A stretch of DNA of 45,448 nt from contig CALMSM010000181.1 in NCBI GenBank assembly GCA_937872425.1, forward strand, positions 1 through 45,448, read 5' to 3'. Made by a program: the position numbers and the translations under genes. The notes under the pieces are model-generated. The model was not told where the DNA came from. It saw nothing but the letters and a program-made list of their open reading frames with translations, and did not search any database. Of the stretch, positions 6,171 through 13,879 are shown in pieces; position 1 is the stretch's first letter; each line of letters opens with the position of its first letter. Origin of the DNA: an uncultured Candidatus Saccharibacteria bacterium (GTDB taxonomy: Bacteria; Patescibacteriota; Saccharimonadia; Saccharimonadales; CALMSM01).

Positions 6171-7109
6171 TTACTTGATTTTGTCGAAGATGGACGCGAG
6201 GGCGTCGACCTTGACCTTGCCGGAGTAGAAATCGAGAATGAGACCGCGTTCGGACTTCGACAGGCTGGGGATGAGTTCGTTCAGCTTGGCCTTTGCTTCG
6301 GCAGGGCTGAATGCCTTGGTAGGAGCCGAAGGTGCGCTTTCGGTCTTCTTCAAGTAAGAGATTCCGGTGACGGCCTTGCGCTCAGGGCGCTCGACAACCA
6401 TCGTGATGGCCTTGGTGAGGTTCTCGACGTCTTCCTTGTACGACTTTTGGAGAGCGGCGATTTCAGCGGCCTGGGCGTTCTTGATTGCAGCGAGTTCGGC
6501 CTTGAAGTCGACTTCCGACTTGACCATTCCGCCATTGGCCTGCTTGTGCGAGGACATTTCCTTCTTCATCGCGGGAGGCATCATCTGCTGGTCGGGCGAA
6601 GGCGAAGCTGCAGGGCCAGCGGCTGCGGGAGGGGGAGGTCCGCCGGGCGAAGCGCCAGGAGGAGGCGAGGCGCCGGGAGGGCCACCAGCAGCACCGGCAC
6701 CGGCAGAAGCTGCGAGAGCTTCCTTGGCAGCGAGGGCGGCTTGGATGTGCATGTCCAGTTCCTCAGGAGGAAGCTGGGCATACTCGGCCTGGAGGGCTTC
6801 GGGGGTCAGGGGCTGTTCGCCCTGCTGAGGAGCGGCAGGGTCTGCCTGAGGAGCGGGGGCCGAGGTACCGGCCATATCGCCCGGGGGAGCAGAAGCGCTG
6901 GCGTCAGCACCAGGAGGCGCGTCCGAAGCGGGCGAAGCCGAGTCAGAAGCGGGAGGCGAAGCAGAGTCGTCGCTTGGCTCAGAAGGTTCCTTCGGCTCGT
7001 CGCCGTCGGCCTTCATGAGCGAACCCTTGGAAGCCTCGAAGGCCTCGTTGAGGTCCGCTTCCAAGGCGGCGATGACCTGCTTGAGGTCAGAATCCTTGAT
7101 TTTCGACAT
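6171..7109 (-). CDS. scaffolding protein
   Basis: 312 aa, directly upstream of the MCP gene. Helical charged ends flank a long Pro/Ala/Ser/Gly low-complexity core (SASPPASDSASPASDAPPGADASASAPPG...GGPPGASPPPGASPGGPPPPAAAG). Confidence 0.65.
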   Translation of the reverse strand: MSKIKDSDLKQVIAALEADLNEAFEASKGSLMKADGDEPKEPSEPSDDSASPPASDSASPASDAPPGADASASAPPGDMAGTSAPAPQADPAAPQQGEQPLTPEALQAEYAQLPPEELDMHIQAALAAKEALAASAGAGAAGGPPGASPPPGASPGGPPPPAAAGPAASPSPDQQMMPPAMKKEMSSHKQANGGMVKSEVDFKAELAAIKNAQAAEIAALQKSYKEDVENLTKAITMVVERPERKAVTGISYLKKTESAPSAPTKAFSPAEAKAKLNELIPSLSKSERGLILDFYSGKVKVDALASIFDKIK

Positions 7110-7136
7110 GGAGTAATCTCCTTTTCAATCAAGAAC

Positions 7137-7580
7137 TTAAATCTGCGACTGAAGCTTGTTCTTCATGTCAGGGTCGAAGGTGGCCTTGAGGTTACCCGAG
7201 ACGATGTCCGAGACTTCGACGGCGTTGGTGTTGGCCGACATGTAGAGTTCAACGCGGGCACCACGGACGCCAAGCTCACCAAGCAGAGGGAGCAGGTTTG
7301 CGCCGAGAAGCAGCGGGGTGTTGGCGATGGTCGAGGTCTCCAGAACAACCTGGACAACCACGGGGTTGCCATACGCACGCTGGGTCAGGCCGATACCGTC
7401 AACGCCAAGAGGCGCGAAGTCGATGACGCGGATGAATGCGCTCTGCGAACCGGCCGTACCAGCACCGATGAGAATCGTGGGGTTCGCAGAAGCATCGAAC
7501 CCGACCGCCGAAATGGTGGCGAAACGACGAGCAAGGTCGTCACGGAGTTCGGCAGCGAAAGAAAGGGACTTGGCGCTCAT
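7137..7580 (-). CDS. head-module structural protein, function unknown
   Basis: 147-aa ORF and the first gene of the scaffold/MCP transcription unit. It has a strong AAGGAG RBS 8 nt before the ATG and an AGTAATCT motif at 7622-7629. Confidence 0.65.
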   Translation of the reverse strand: MSAKSLSFAAELRDDLARRFATISAVGFDASANPTILIGAGTAGSQSAFIRVIDFAPLGVDGIGLTQRAYGNPVVVQVVLETSTIANTPLLLGANLLPLLGELGVRGARVELYMSANTNAVEVSDIVSGNLKATFDPDMKNKLQSQI

Positions 7581-7621
7581 GTGTATCTCCTTGGAGAGTG
7601 GAAAATCTGTTTACGCACTAG

Positions 7622-7629
7622 AGATTACT
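7622..7629 (-). promoter_or_regulatory. AGTAATCT motif upstream of the head-protein/scaffold/MCP unit
   Basis: The minus strand reads CACAAGTAATCT. A roughly 41-nt leader containing AAGGAG follows before the ATG at 7580. The motif is back-to-back with the plus-strand promoter at 7629-7658. Confidence 0.45.
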
Positions 7630-7658
7630 TGTGCCCAAATCCCGCCCAGTGGTAATCT
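7629..7658 (+). promoter_or_regulatory. promoter, leaderless layout (zinc-ribbon gene)
   Basis: TTGTGC-N18-(TGG)TAATCT, then 8 nt to the ATG at 7667. No SD. Confidence 0.5.
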
Positions 7659-7666
7659 GAGGGCCA

Positions 7667-7960
7667 ATGACAGGACCCAAGCAGTGCCCAACGTGTGGGA
7701 AAGAGTACCGAAGGCGCTGTGGGCCGTGTAGACGCACCAAATACCAAGTCGAGAACTCAGGTCTCGTACTCGGAATGTGCAAACGATGCCTGGAGCCTAG
7801 AGCGCTCTACAGGAACGGGCAATGCAAGGTCTGCATGAAAACCCAGGGCCTTTGCGAATGCAAGGCGTGCGGGCTCTCATTTGTAGCCGAAATCCATCCT
7901 CGCCGGGGAATCTGCAAAGAGTGCAGAAACCGTTCAAGGCGGGTCAGTCGACAGGAATAA
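7667..7960 (+). CDS. multi-CxxC zinc-ribbon protein (moron-like, opposite strand to surrounding genes)
   Basis: 97 aa with six CxxC pairs (CPTC, CGPC, CKRC, CKVC, CKAC, CKEC). It has its own promoter, TTGTGC-N18-TGGTAATCT, 8 nt before the ATG. The 3' end overlaps the convergent GGDEF gene by 17 nt. Confidence 0.65.
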   Translation: MTGPKQCPTCGKEYRRRCGPCRRTKYQVENSGLVLGMCKRCLEPRALYRNGQCKVCMKTQGLCECKACGLSFVAEIHPRRGICKECRNRSRRVSRQE

Positions 7961-9095
7961 TCCCCTCACGGCCGGGCATTCTGCTGGCTGCGTGGGTCTT
8001 GGCCTGGCCCAGAGGTGCGTTGGCGGCCTTCTTGGCAGCCTTGGCGTCCTTGAGAGCCTCTTCAGCGTGGTCGCGGGTCGGACCGAAGCCCAGAGACATG
8101 CTCAGGCGGTGCGTGCCACGAATGGCGGGGATGCCTTCGAACTTGGACCGCAACGAGCGAGCGAAGAGTGCTGCGTGCTCATGGCTAGGTACGTGGGCAA
8201 CGAATTCGTCGCCACCGGTCCTGAAGAGCTTGCCGTTCTTGCGACCTACAGACTCATCCATGGCCTGCCTGAGTGCTCGACCCATGGCAGTGATGGCATG
8301 GTTGCCGGTTTCGTGGTCGTGCATTTTGTTGATGGACCCGAAGTCGTTGCCGTCGAGATGGACGTGGACGCCTTCACGGGGCCTGGACAAAAAGTCGTTG
8401 TAGGCAGCCTTGTTCCCGATGCTAGGAATCATGGTGTCGGTGAACAGGGTTTGGTTGACAGTCTTGAGGGCGTCTGGGTGGACGTGACCTCTCTTGACGG
8501 CCTCGCGAATTTGACCGAGGGCCGCTTCGAGATGGGGCTCAATCTTGGCGAGACTTTCGGACTTCGCCATCGAGGTCTTGACCGAAGGGCGAATGAGGGC
8601 CTTGCCGCTCTTGAGGTGTTCCATGACGAGCTTGGACTCATCGGGCTGCAGGGCCTGGTCGTCGAGGTACATCTGAGAGCCAGAGACCTTGAGGGTCTGA
8701 GGACCGGGCATGCCAGTTCTGTGGTACTCGAATTCGCTGACCTTCGGCCCCGGGAGCTTTTCGGTGATTTGACTGTGGAGTGCTTCGCCCAGGTCTGTCG
8801 GCAAATCGCCGTGACGTGGAGTTTTGGGGAGCAACTCGGGGTACTCGCCTGTGCGAAGGTCGTGGCTCGTGGCAACGACACGTCGCTGAGAAGTCATCAT
8901 GCGCTTGATGATTCGGGCGGCGGATTCGGGAGGCATCTTCGAGAGGTCCTGGTCACCGGCCATACCGTGGTCTTCGAGGACGGACATTTTGCCATCCTTC
9001 ATCCAAAGCTTCCCCAGCAACGTGTGATGCACGTCGTCTTTTTCTTCATGAGGGTGTACGCCAAATACGTAGACGATGTGTTTGTGGTGGTCCAT
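7944..9095 (-). CDS. GGDEF-domain protein (diguanylate-cyclase-like nucleotide cyclase) with His-rich N-terminal domain
   Basis: 383 aa. The C-terminal roughly 110 aa read HVHLDGNDFGSINKMHDHETGNHAI...LFRTGGDEFVAHV...SMSLGFGP...AEEALKDAKAAKK, which matches the GGDEF palm-domain pattern. GGDEF is encoded at 8202-8216. The gene lies in the same operon as the prohead protease. Confidence 0.75.
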   Translation of the reverse strand: MDHHKHIVYVFGVHPHEEKDDVHHTLLGKLWMKDGKMSVLEDHGMAGDQDLSKMPPESAARIIKRMMTSQRRVVATSHDLRTGEYPELLPKTPRHGDLPTDLGEALHSQITEKLPGPKVSEFEYHRTGMPGPQTLKVSGSQMYLDDQALQPDESKLVMEHLKSGKALIRPSVKTSMAKSESLAKIEPHLEAALGQIREAVKRGHVHPDALKTVNQTLFTDTMIPSIGNKAAYNDFLSRPREGVHVHLDGNDFGSINKMHDHETGNHAITAMGRALRQAMDESVGRKNGKLFRTGGDEFVAHVPSHEHAALFARSLRSKFEGIPAIRGTHRLSMSLGFGPTRDHAEEALKDAKAAKKAANAPLGQAKTHAASRMPGREGIIPVD

Positions 9096-9104
9096 CTTTA
9101 GCTT

Positions 9105-12100
9105 TCAATCAAAACGGAAACGGACTCCATTGCGGCGCTGAGCAGCAACTTCGTTCATGGCCTGGCGTGTGCCCTTGTATCGAGAGATATCGGGGGTGAG
9201 CTTGAATTGTGTCTGAAGAGCCTTCAGGCGACTGACCGCTTCTTTGACTGCCTTGTGTGGCATCTCGTGACGGTGCAGTTGAGCTTCCAGTTCGGTGGCA
9301 TCGAGCTTCGACAGCCAATCGAGGGCGGCTGGATGAACCGGTTCTGCGTAGGTCCCCGAGCTACCGAATTCGTTCGGCCAGCGGTCGGCCTCGGCTGCGA
9401 GATGGGGGTTCTTCACCTTGTTGTAGGCGTTCATGTAGTCCGCTACGAAGGGGTCGTACCCCCAGGCTCCGGTCTCACCCAACACGATGTTGTGGTCAAT
9501 CAGATTCAGGGCTCGGTTCTTTCGGTCAACAAGATAGTTCTGGCCGTGACGGTCGTTGTTGCCCATGACACGGTTCATGAACTGAAGCTTGTCGAGTTCT
9601 CCCGAGTCAGCGTGTTCGCGAAGGATGTTTTGGTGGTCGGGGTCCTTGGGGTCGTACTCTTTGCCTGCACGGCGCTCGATGATAGCATGTTCAACGCCGG
9701 TCTGTGGGTGGCGGACTACCGCGACAGCGGGTGTGTACTGGCCCAGACCGAAGAAATCTCGGGCGAGGTTGGCATACATACCTTCTTGTCGTACTTCCGG
9801 AATCAGCAAGTGGTGCTGACTGCCCCTTCCGGGTTCGGACTTGACGTACACCCTTTTGCCACTGGGGCCCTTCGACCAGAACGAATATGCCTTACGGCTA
9901 CCCTTTTTGGCCTTTACGGGCTCAGTCGCAAAATCAAAACCCTCTGCAAGTGCTTTTGCGTCGGGGTGGTAATTGAATTCACCGACGCCGTGGTCCTTGA
10001 CCGACACACGAGTGCCCGTCTCTTTGTGTACGGGCGTATGCTTGATTTCAAGGGGGTTCGCGGAGCGGGGGAACGTCACGATGTCTTCTGGTTTGAAGTC
10101 GTGGAAGTGTTCCTTGCGAACGGCGACGATGTCCTTCGGTCCCATGTCCAGGACGTGGTATTCTGCAGGTGCCTCGCCCCGAGTGTGGTGGTGCAGTGCG
10201 TAACCGGGCTGAACCTGCTTGCCGTTCCATTCAACCGCCTCAGGAGTGAGGTCGACCTGCACGGTCTTCGTCTTCGTGGCGGCCTTTCTCAGCGCAACCA
10301 GCGTGTCGACCTGGAGTTCCTCGAAGCGGCGCAAAACATACTCGCCCTTCTTGGCTTCGTTGGCCGTGAGCTTGGGTACCAAGTACCGGTAGTACAAGCC
10401 CAGAGCATGGACGGGGCCGTACTGTTCCAGCCAGCGGTGGTGCTGCATTGCCGTTCTGAAGTGGAGTTCGGGGTCGTACTCTGCGCCTGGCGTTTCAGCC
10501 TTCTTCAGCAGTGGGTTGACAGCGTCCCAGAAGGGCGCGTGGTCGGTCTCAGCGTTGGACGAACCCGAGTGAGGTGTACCAATGCGGCGCTCGTGGCCGG
10601 GGATGCTAATCCAGTGCCACCAAAATGCCGGGAACACAGACTGCTCTTCGCGCCCCTTGAAGTAGGGCCCGATTGCGGGGTCATTCAAGACCGCCTTGAC
10701 GGCGTCGTGGTTCTGGTAATAGTGCTTGTCGATTCCTTCGAGCAAATCGTGCGAGCTTGAGCTTGACAGCAGCGAATTCTTGAGGTGTTCTTGGGTCTCG
10801 GAGTCGACCGAGGTGTTCGAACCTGGGGCGATGGGCTGCGAGCCGAAATAATGTCGGATGAAGTGGGTGTCGGGTACGACCATGTTGCCTGCACCCATCA
10901 TGCCAAGCAAATACCGGGACAGCTTGGGTGCAATACCACGCACGTCGGTCAGGCGCCGGGCAACCTTGCTTGCGTCGCCCTTGGCCGCTCGAATGGTCTG
11001 GACGATGTCGTTGTGGTGGTTGTTGATGTATTCACCAAAATATTTGGCGAACTGGTTGGGTTTGTTGTAGCCCTGCATCGCACCGGTCTGGGTCGTGAGT
11101 TCCTTCTCAATCGACGTAAATGCACCCAGCATCGGCTTCCCCGCAGGGTCCATGACGTCGTTTCCGCTTGCATCCGTGACCTTCTTGGCGGGGTCAAAAT
11201 ACTCTTTGGTGTAGTGACTGTTGGAGTGCTTGGGGAGGCCCGTGCGGTTTCTGGCCATCCAGCCCTTGACGGTTTCGTCCCACTTAGCCGGGTCGGCGTG
11301 TGTCAGGCCCTGGGAGTGGAGTTGGTCCATGAAGTGCCCGTACATGAACTCTTGCATCGGAACGGGAATGCCGGGGCTCATCAGAGCGAAAGCGACGGCG
11401 TGAGATACCACGCCAGGGTGAATGTCGCCCTTCGAGAACCGGTCATTGACGACGAACCAGTTCCGCATCGCACGCTGGTGGTGCGTGCGACGGTCTGCGA
11501 GTTCATCCTGGAAGTGCTGAGCGATTTCCGGGGCGCCCTTGCCCGTGTGTGCCATCAGGTGGGGGTGGGGGTTCGAAGGAGTCGAGGCCTGGAAGACGCC
11601 TTGACGTGTCGTCAGAACACCCTTGTCGAAGCCGAGTTTGCTCTTCTCGGGAGGCGCATTGACTGGACGTCCCTGGACGGTGAACGTCGAGGGCTTAGGT
11701 TCGGGCGGCTTGACCAGCTTGGCGGGCTTTTTGCCAGCCTTCGCCATCTCGCGCAGAACTTCCTCGGCCTTCTTGACCTTGAAGATGTGGCTGTCAACGA
11801 TTTCCTGGAAGTGGTCCAGGAATTCATCGCTGGCCTCTGGCAACCTGGCCTTGAGGAACTTCTTGAAGGGGGTGACCCTGTTCCAGTCGCGGAACGCAGC
11901 AAGGGCGAGGGCGCGGTGCTTCCGCGACTGGTCTTCGACTTGCAGGGCTGCACCGCCGGTCAGAGTACCTGGTGCGGCGTTGTAGTTACCTGCAGCCATA
12001 GCCTTGGAGATTTCAGTACCGTAAATGGCCTCAGAGCCCCCGAGACGAACGAATCGTGGGTCGACGTGCTCGCCCTTCTTGGTCGAGGTCGTAGGGACCA

Positions 12101-12659
12101 TGGCGAGCAAGTCGGCCGCGACGGGGTTCTTGTCGTAGCCCTCAGGTGCGTTGGGGTCTGCGAGCAGGCCCGATACGGCAGTCTTGTTGCAGGGGCGCAG
12201 GGTCAGAGCGACACGACGCGCGATGGTGGTCTTGAGACGGTTGGTCTTCGAGTCCTTTTCGAGCGTCGAGCCTTCAATCGAGAACCCGACGATGATGGGC
12301 TCGTTGTTCGCATGGGAGTCACGGATGATGGCAGCGAGAGCCTTGGCGCCTTCGTGGCCAGCCCCGTCATAGAGACGGATGATGCCGTAAAGAAAGGGGA
12401 TTTTGACCTTGCCCCAGAACAGCTTCTCGCGGTCGTTCGAACAGTCGGACGAACTGTAAATCTTCTTGGCAAAAACCACCTTGCCGACGATCTCTTGACC
12501 TTGATTGTTCTCGTTGTCGTGGCCTTGATGTTCATAGTTGCATACCCCTTTCCCATCATCAAAGTCCGAGATATCGATACCTTTTACGTCAAGAATTTCT
12601 CCAGAAGAATCAATTGCTTCCGAAGCAAAGACGCCATCCATCAGCAGACCAGTACTCAC
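9105..12659 (-). CDS. prohead protease fused to a large internal-virion polyprotein with C-terminal PI3/4-kinase/HipA-like kinase-fold module
   Basis: 1184 aa with a GTG start. Residues 1 to about 175 resemble HK97-family prohead proteases (GVFASEAIDSSGEILD...NYEH...VGFSIEG). Residues 216-243 (EISKAMAAGNYNAAPGTLTGGAALQVED) repeat the MCP leader. The mid region contains a helix-hairpin-helix-like stretch, VRGIAPKLSRYLLGMMGAGNMVVPDTHFIRHYFG. The C-terminal stretch LQFMNRVMGNNDRHGQNYLV...LNLIDHNIVLG matches the G-x-x-DRH-x-x-N / IDH(F)G catalytic pattern of PI3/4-kinase-like and HipA-like kinases. Confidence 0.7.
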   Translation of the reverse strand: MSTGLLMDGVFASEAIDSSGEILDVKGIDISDFDDGKGVCNYEHQGHDNENNQGQEIVGKVVFAKKIYSSSDCSNDREKLFWGKVKIPFLYGIIRLYDGAGHEGAKALAAIIRDSHANNEPIIVGFSIEGSTLEKDSKTNRLKTTIARRVALTLRPCNKTAVSGLLADPNAPEGYDKNPVAADLLAMVPTTSTKKGEHVDPRFVRLGGSEAIYGTEISKAMAAGNYNAAPGTLTGGAALQVEDQSRKHRALALAAFRDWNRVTPFKKFLKARLPEASDEFLDHFQEIVDSHIFKVKKAEEVLREMAKAGKKPAKLVKPPEPKPSTFTVQGRPVNAPPEKSKLGFDKGVLTTRQGVFQASTPSNPHPHLMAHTGKGAPEIAQHFQDELADRRTHHQRAMRNWFVVNDRFSKGDIHPGVVSHAVAFALMSPGIPVPMQEFMYGHFMDQLHSQGLTHADPAKWDETVKGWMARNRTGLPKHSNSHYTKEYFDPAKKVTDASGNDVMDPAGKPMLGAFTSIEKELTTQTGAMQGYNKPNQFAKYFGEYINNHHNDIVQTIRAAKGDASKVARRLTDVRGIAPKLSRYLLGMMGAGNMVVPDTHFIRHYFGSQPIAPGSNTSVDSETQEHLKNSLLSSSSSHDLLEGIDKHYYQNHDAVKAVLNDPAIGPYFKGREEQSVFPAFWWHWISIPGHERRIGTPHSGSSNAETDHAPFWDAVNPLLKKAETPGAEYDPELHFRTAMQHHRWLEQYGPVHALGLYYRYLVPKLTANEAKKGEYVLRRFEELQVDTLVALRKAATKTKTVQVDLTPEAVEWNGKQVQPGYALHHHTRGEAPAEYHVLDMGPKDIVAVRKEHFHDFKPEDIVTFPRSANPLEIKHTPVHKETGTRVSVKDHGVGEFNYHPDAKALAEGFDFATEPVKAKKGSRKAYSFWSKGPSGKRVYVKSEPGRGSQHHLLIPEVRQEGMYANLARDFFGLGQYTPAVAVVRHPQTGVEHAIIERRAGKEYDPKDPDHQNILREHADSGELDKLQFMNRVMGNNDRHGQNYLVDRKNRALNLIDHNIVLGETGAWGYDPFVADYMNAYNKVKNPHLAAEADRWPNEFGSSGTYAEPVHPAALDWLSKLDATELEAQLHRHEMPHKAVKEAVSRLKALQTQFKLTPDISRYKGTRQAMNEVAAQRRNGVRFRFD

Positions 12660-13234
12660 TTTGCCACCATCCCACGACCAGGTACAAATACGAACGATTC
12701 AGACGCGGACTTCTTGGGTCGGACTTGCACACCGTGCCGTTTCAAAATTCCAAAAACATGACTTGAAGAGGTATCAAACTCGGCTGCGACAGCGCGCAAA
12801 GTCGCCCCCGTTTGATACCGAGCAATTACTTGAGTGTCATCAAGACGCTCTTCGCGACCCCAACGCTGATAAGCGCTAGCTCTCATGCGACCGACCGTTT
12901 CCACCGTCTTCTTGTGGCCAGGGGTGCCGTCCCCACCGTCCGTAAGATTCGTGAGTCTGCACCCAAGAGCACGGTAGTAAGCAATCCAAAACCGTTCGGC
13001 TTCATCCAACTCCTGAGAATCGACCACAGACTCTAAGACTTCGATCTCTGGGCGAAGACCCACCGCAACAAGACCTTTTACCCAGTTCCCCTTGTGGGTA
13101 AAATCCTTAATCACTCTCGTTGGGTTTGCGTGCTGCCGAGCGCGACGCTTCCCCGAACACGACTTGCCGACATACCTCAACTGCCCGTCTCGCGGGTCTA
13201 CCAGACCGTAGACGATAAAGAGTCCTGTCGACAT
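12656..13234 (-). CDS. GIY-YIG homing endonuclease
   Basis: 192 aa. Motifs: FIVYGLVDPRDGQLRYVGKS...RRARQH...EAERFWIAYY...NLTDGG. The C-terminal helix-turn-helix-like segment is IARYQTGATLRAVAAEFDTSSSHVFGILKRHG. Its stop overlaps the protease start by 4 nt. Confidence 0.8.
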   Translation of the reverse strand: MSTGLFIVYGLVDPRDGQLRYVGKSCSGKRRARQHANPTRVIKDFTHKGNWVKGLVAVGLRPEIEVLESVVDSQELDEAERFWIAYYRALGCRLTNLTDGGDGTPGHKKTVETVGRMRASAYQRWGREERLDDTQVIARYQTGATLRAVAAEFDTSSSHVFGILKRHGVQVRPKKSASESFVFVPGRGMVAK

Positions 13235-13253
13235 TGTGGCGACCTCAATTCCA

Positions 13254-13262
13254 TGGTAAGAT
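13254..13262 (+). promoter_or_regulatory. extended -10 element upstream of the SLOG gene
   Basis: TGGTAAGAT, with a roughly 50-nt leader to the ATG at 13316. It overlaps the minus-strand AGTAATCT (13259-13266), giving a face-to-face divergent pair. Confidence 0.4.
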
Positions 13263-13266
13263 TACT
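13259..13266 (-). promoter_or_regulatory. AGTAATCT motif upstream of the GIY-YIG/protease/GGDEF unit
   Basis: The minus strand reads CCAGTAATCT. A 24-nt leader with GAGG follows before the ATG at 13234. Confidence 0.4.
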
Positions 13267-13315
13267 GGAACGAGAGTTTAACACTTTCGAGCTTTTACCT
13301 GAAGGGCCCCAAAGA

Positions 13316-13663
13316 ATGAGAATCTTGATTTGTGGCACTCGGAATCGCCAACCGGTAGAAATCCTTCGGAAGATTATCGACCTGTTTCCAGTCGGTACGG
13401 TTGTCATCCACGGAGGTGCCCGTGGCGTCGATTCCACAGCGGGCCAAGTCGCGAGCCAGCGTGGGCTCAAAACTGAAGTCTATCTTGCCGAATGGGACAT
13501 CTACGGACCTGGTGCGGGGCCCAAACGAAACCAGCAAATGCTCGAAGCGAGGCCCGACATCGTCATCGCGGTTCACAACGAGCCCGAACTTGGCAAGGGC
13601 ACAGCCGACATGGTGAAGCGCTCTAGAGGCGCGGATTTGCCGGTATTTGTGTTCGGGTGTTGA
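13316..13663 (+). CDS. SLOG-superfamily protein (DUF2493 / YspA-like)
   Basis: Start set at MRILICGTRN. The sequence ...VVIHGGARGVDSTAGQVA...AEWDIYGPGAGPKRNQQML...PDIVIAVH...GKGTADMVKRS...LPVFVF follows the DUF2493 pattern (C-G-R...hGGA-G-D...W...AG..RN..M...GT..M). Confidence 0.75.
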   Translation: MRILICGTRNRQPVEILRKIIDLFPVGTVVIHGGARGVDSTAGQVASQRGLKTEVYLAEWDIYGPGAGPKRNQQMLEARPDIVIAVHNEPELGKGTADMVKRSRGADLPVFVFGC

Positions 13664-13690
13664 CAAAATAGGTCGCGGTAGTGTATAAAT
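13660..13690 (+). promoter_or_regulatory. sigma70-consensus promoter, leaderless layout
   Basis: TTGACA-N18-TATAAA(T), preceded by TG, then 6-7 nt to the ATG at 13697. The -35 hexamer contains the stop codon of the SLOG gene. Confidence 0.6.
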
Positions 13691-13696
13691 CGAGCC

Positions 13697-13879
13697 ATGA
13701 AACTCAACGATCTCGGAACAACAGGTCTCGCAGCCTATGTCCGCGAAGCCAAGAACGGTCGCGCGAAGAACATTCGGCGAATGCACGCCGAACGGGTCTT
13801 GAAGGCGCGCTATCCGCTTTCGAGCTTCTTCGCGGTCGAGCGGTTCAGAAACCTCATCTGCCTCCCGGTGTCACCATGA
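13697..13879 (+). CDS. hypothetical protein
   Basis: 60-aa ORF. Its ATG lies 6 nt after the consensus promoter TTGACA-N18-TATAAA(T). It has an ATGA overlap with the next ORF. This ORF is preferred over the out-of-context 13681..14181 reading. Confidence 0.5.
   Translation: MKLNDLGTTGLAAYVREAKNGRAKNIRRMHAERVLKARYPLSSFFAVERFRNLICLPVSP

Noticed and set aside
12645-13234. Both the GIY-YIG protein and the protease polyprotein begin with MSTGL. This could hint at a duplicated start created by endonuclease insertion.
   Set aside because: The two 15-nt stretches differ at the DNA level (ATGTCGACAGGACTC versus GTGAGTACTGGTCTG), and the similarity stops after five residues. It is most likely coincidence.
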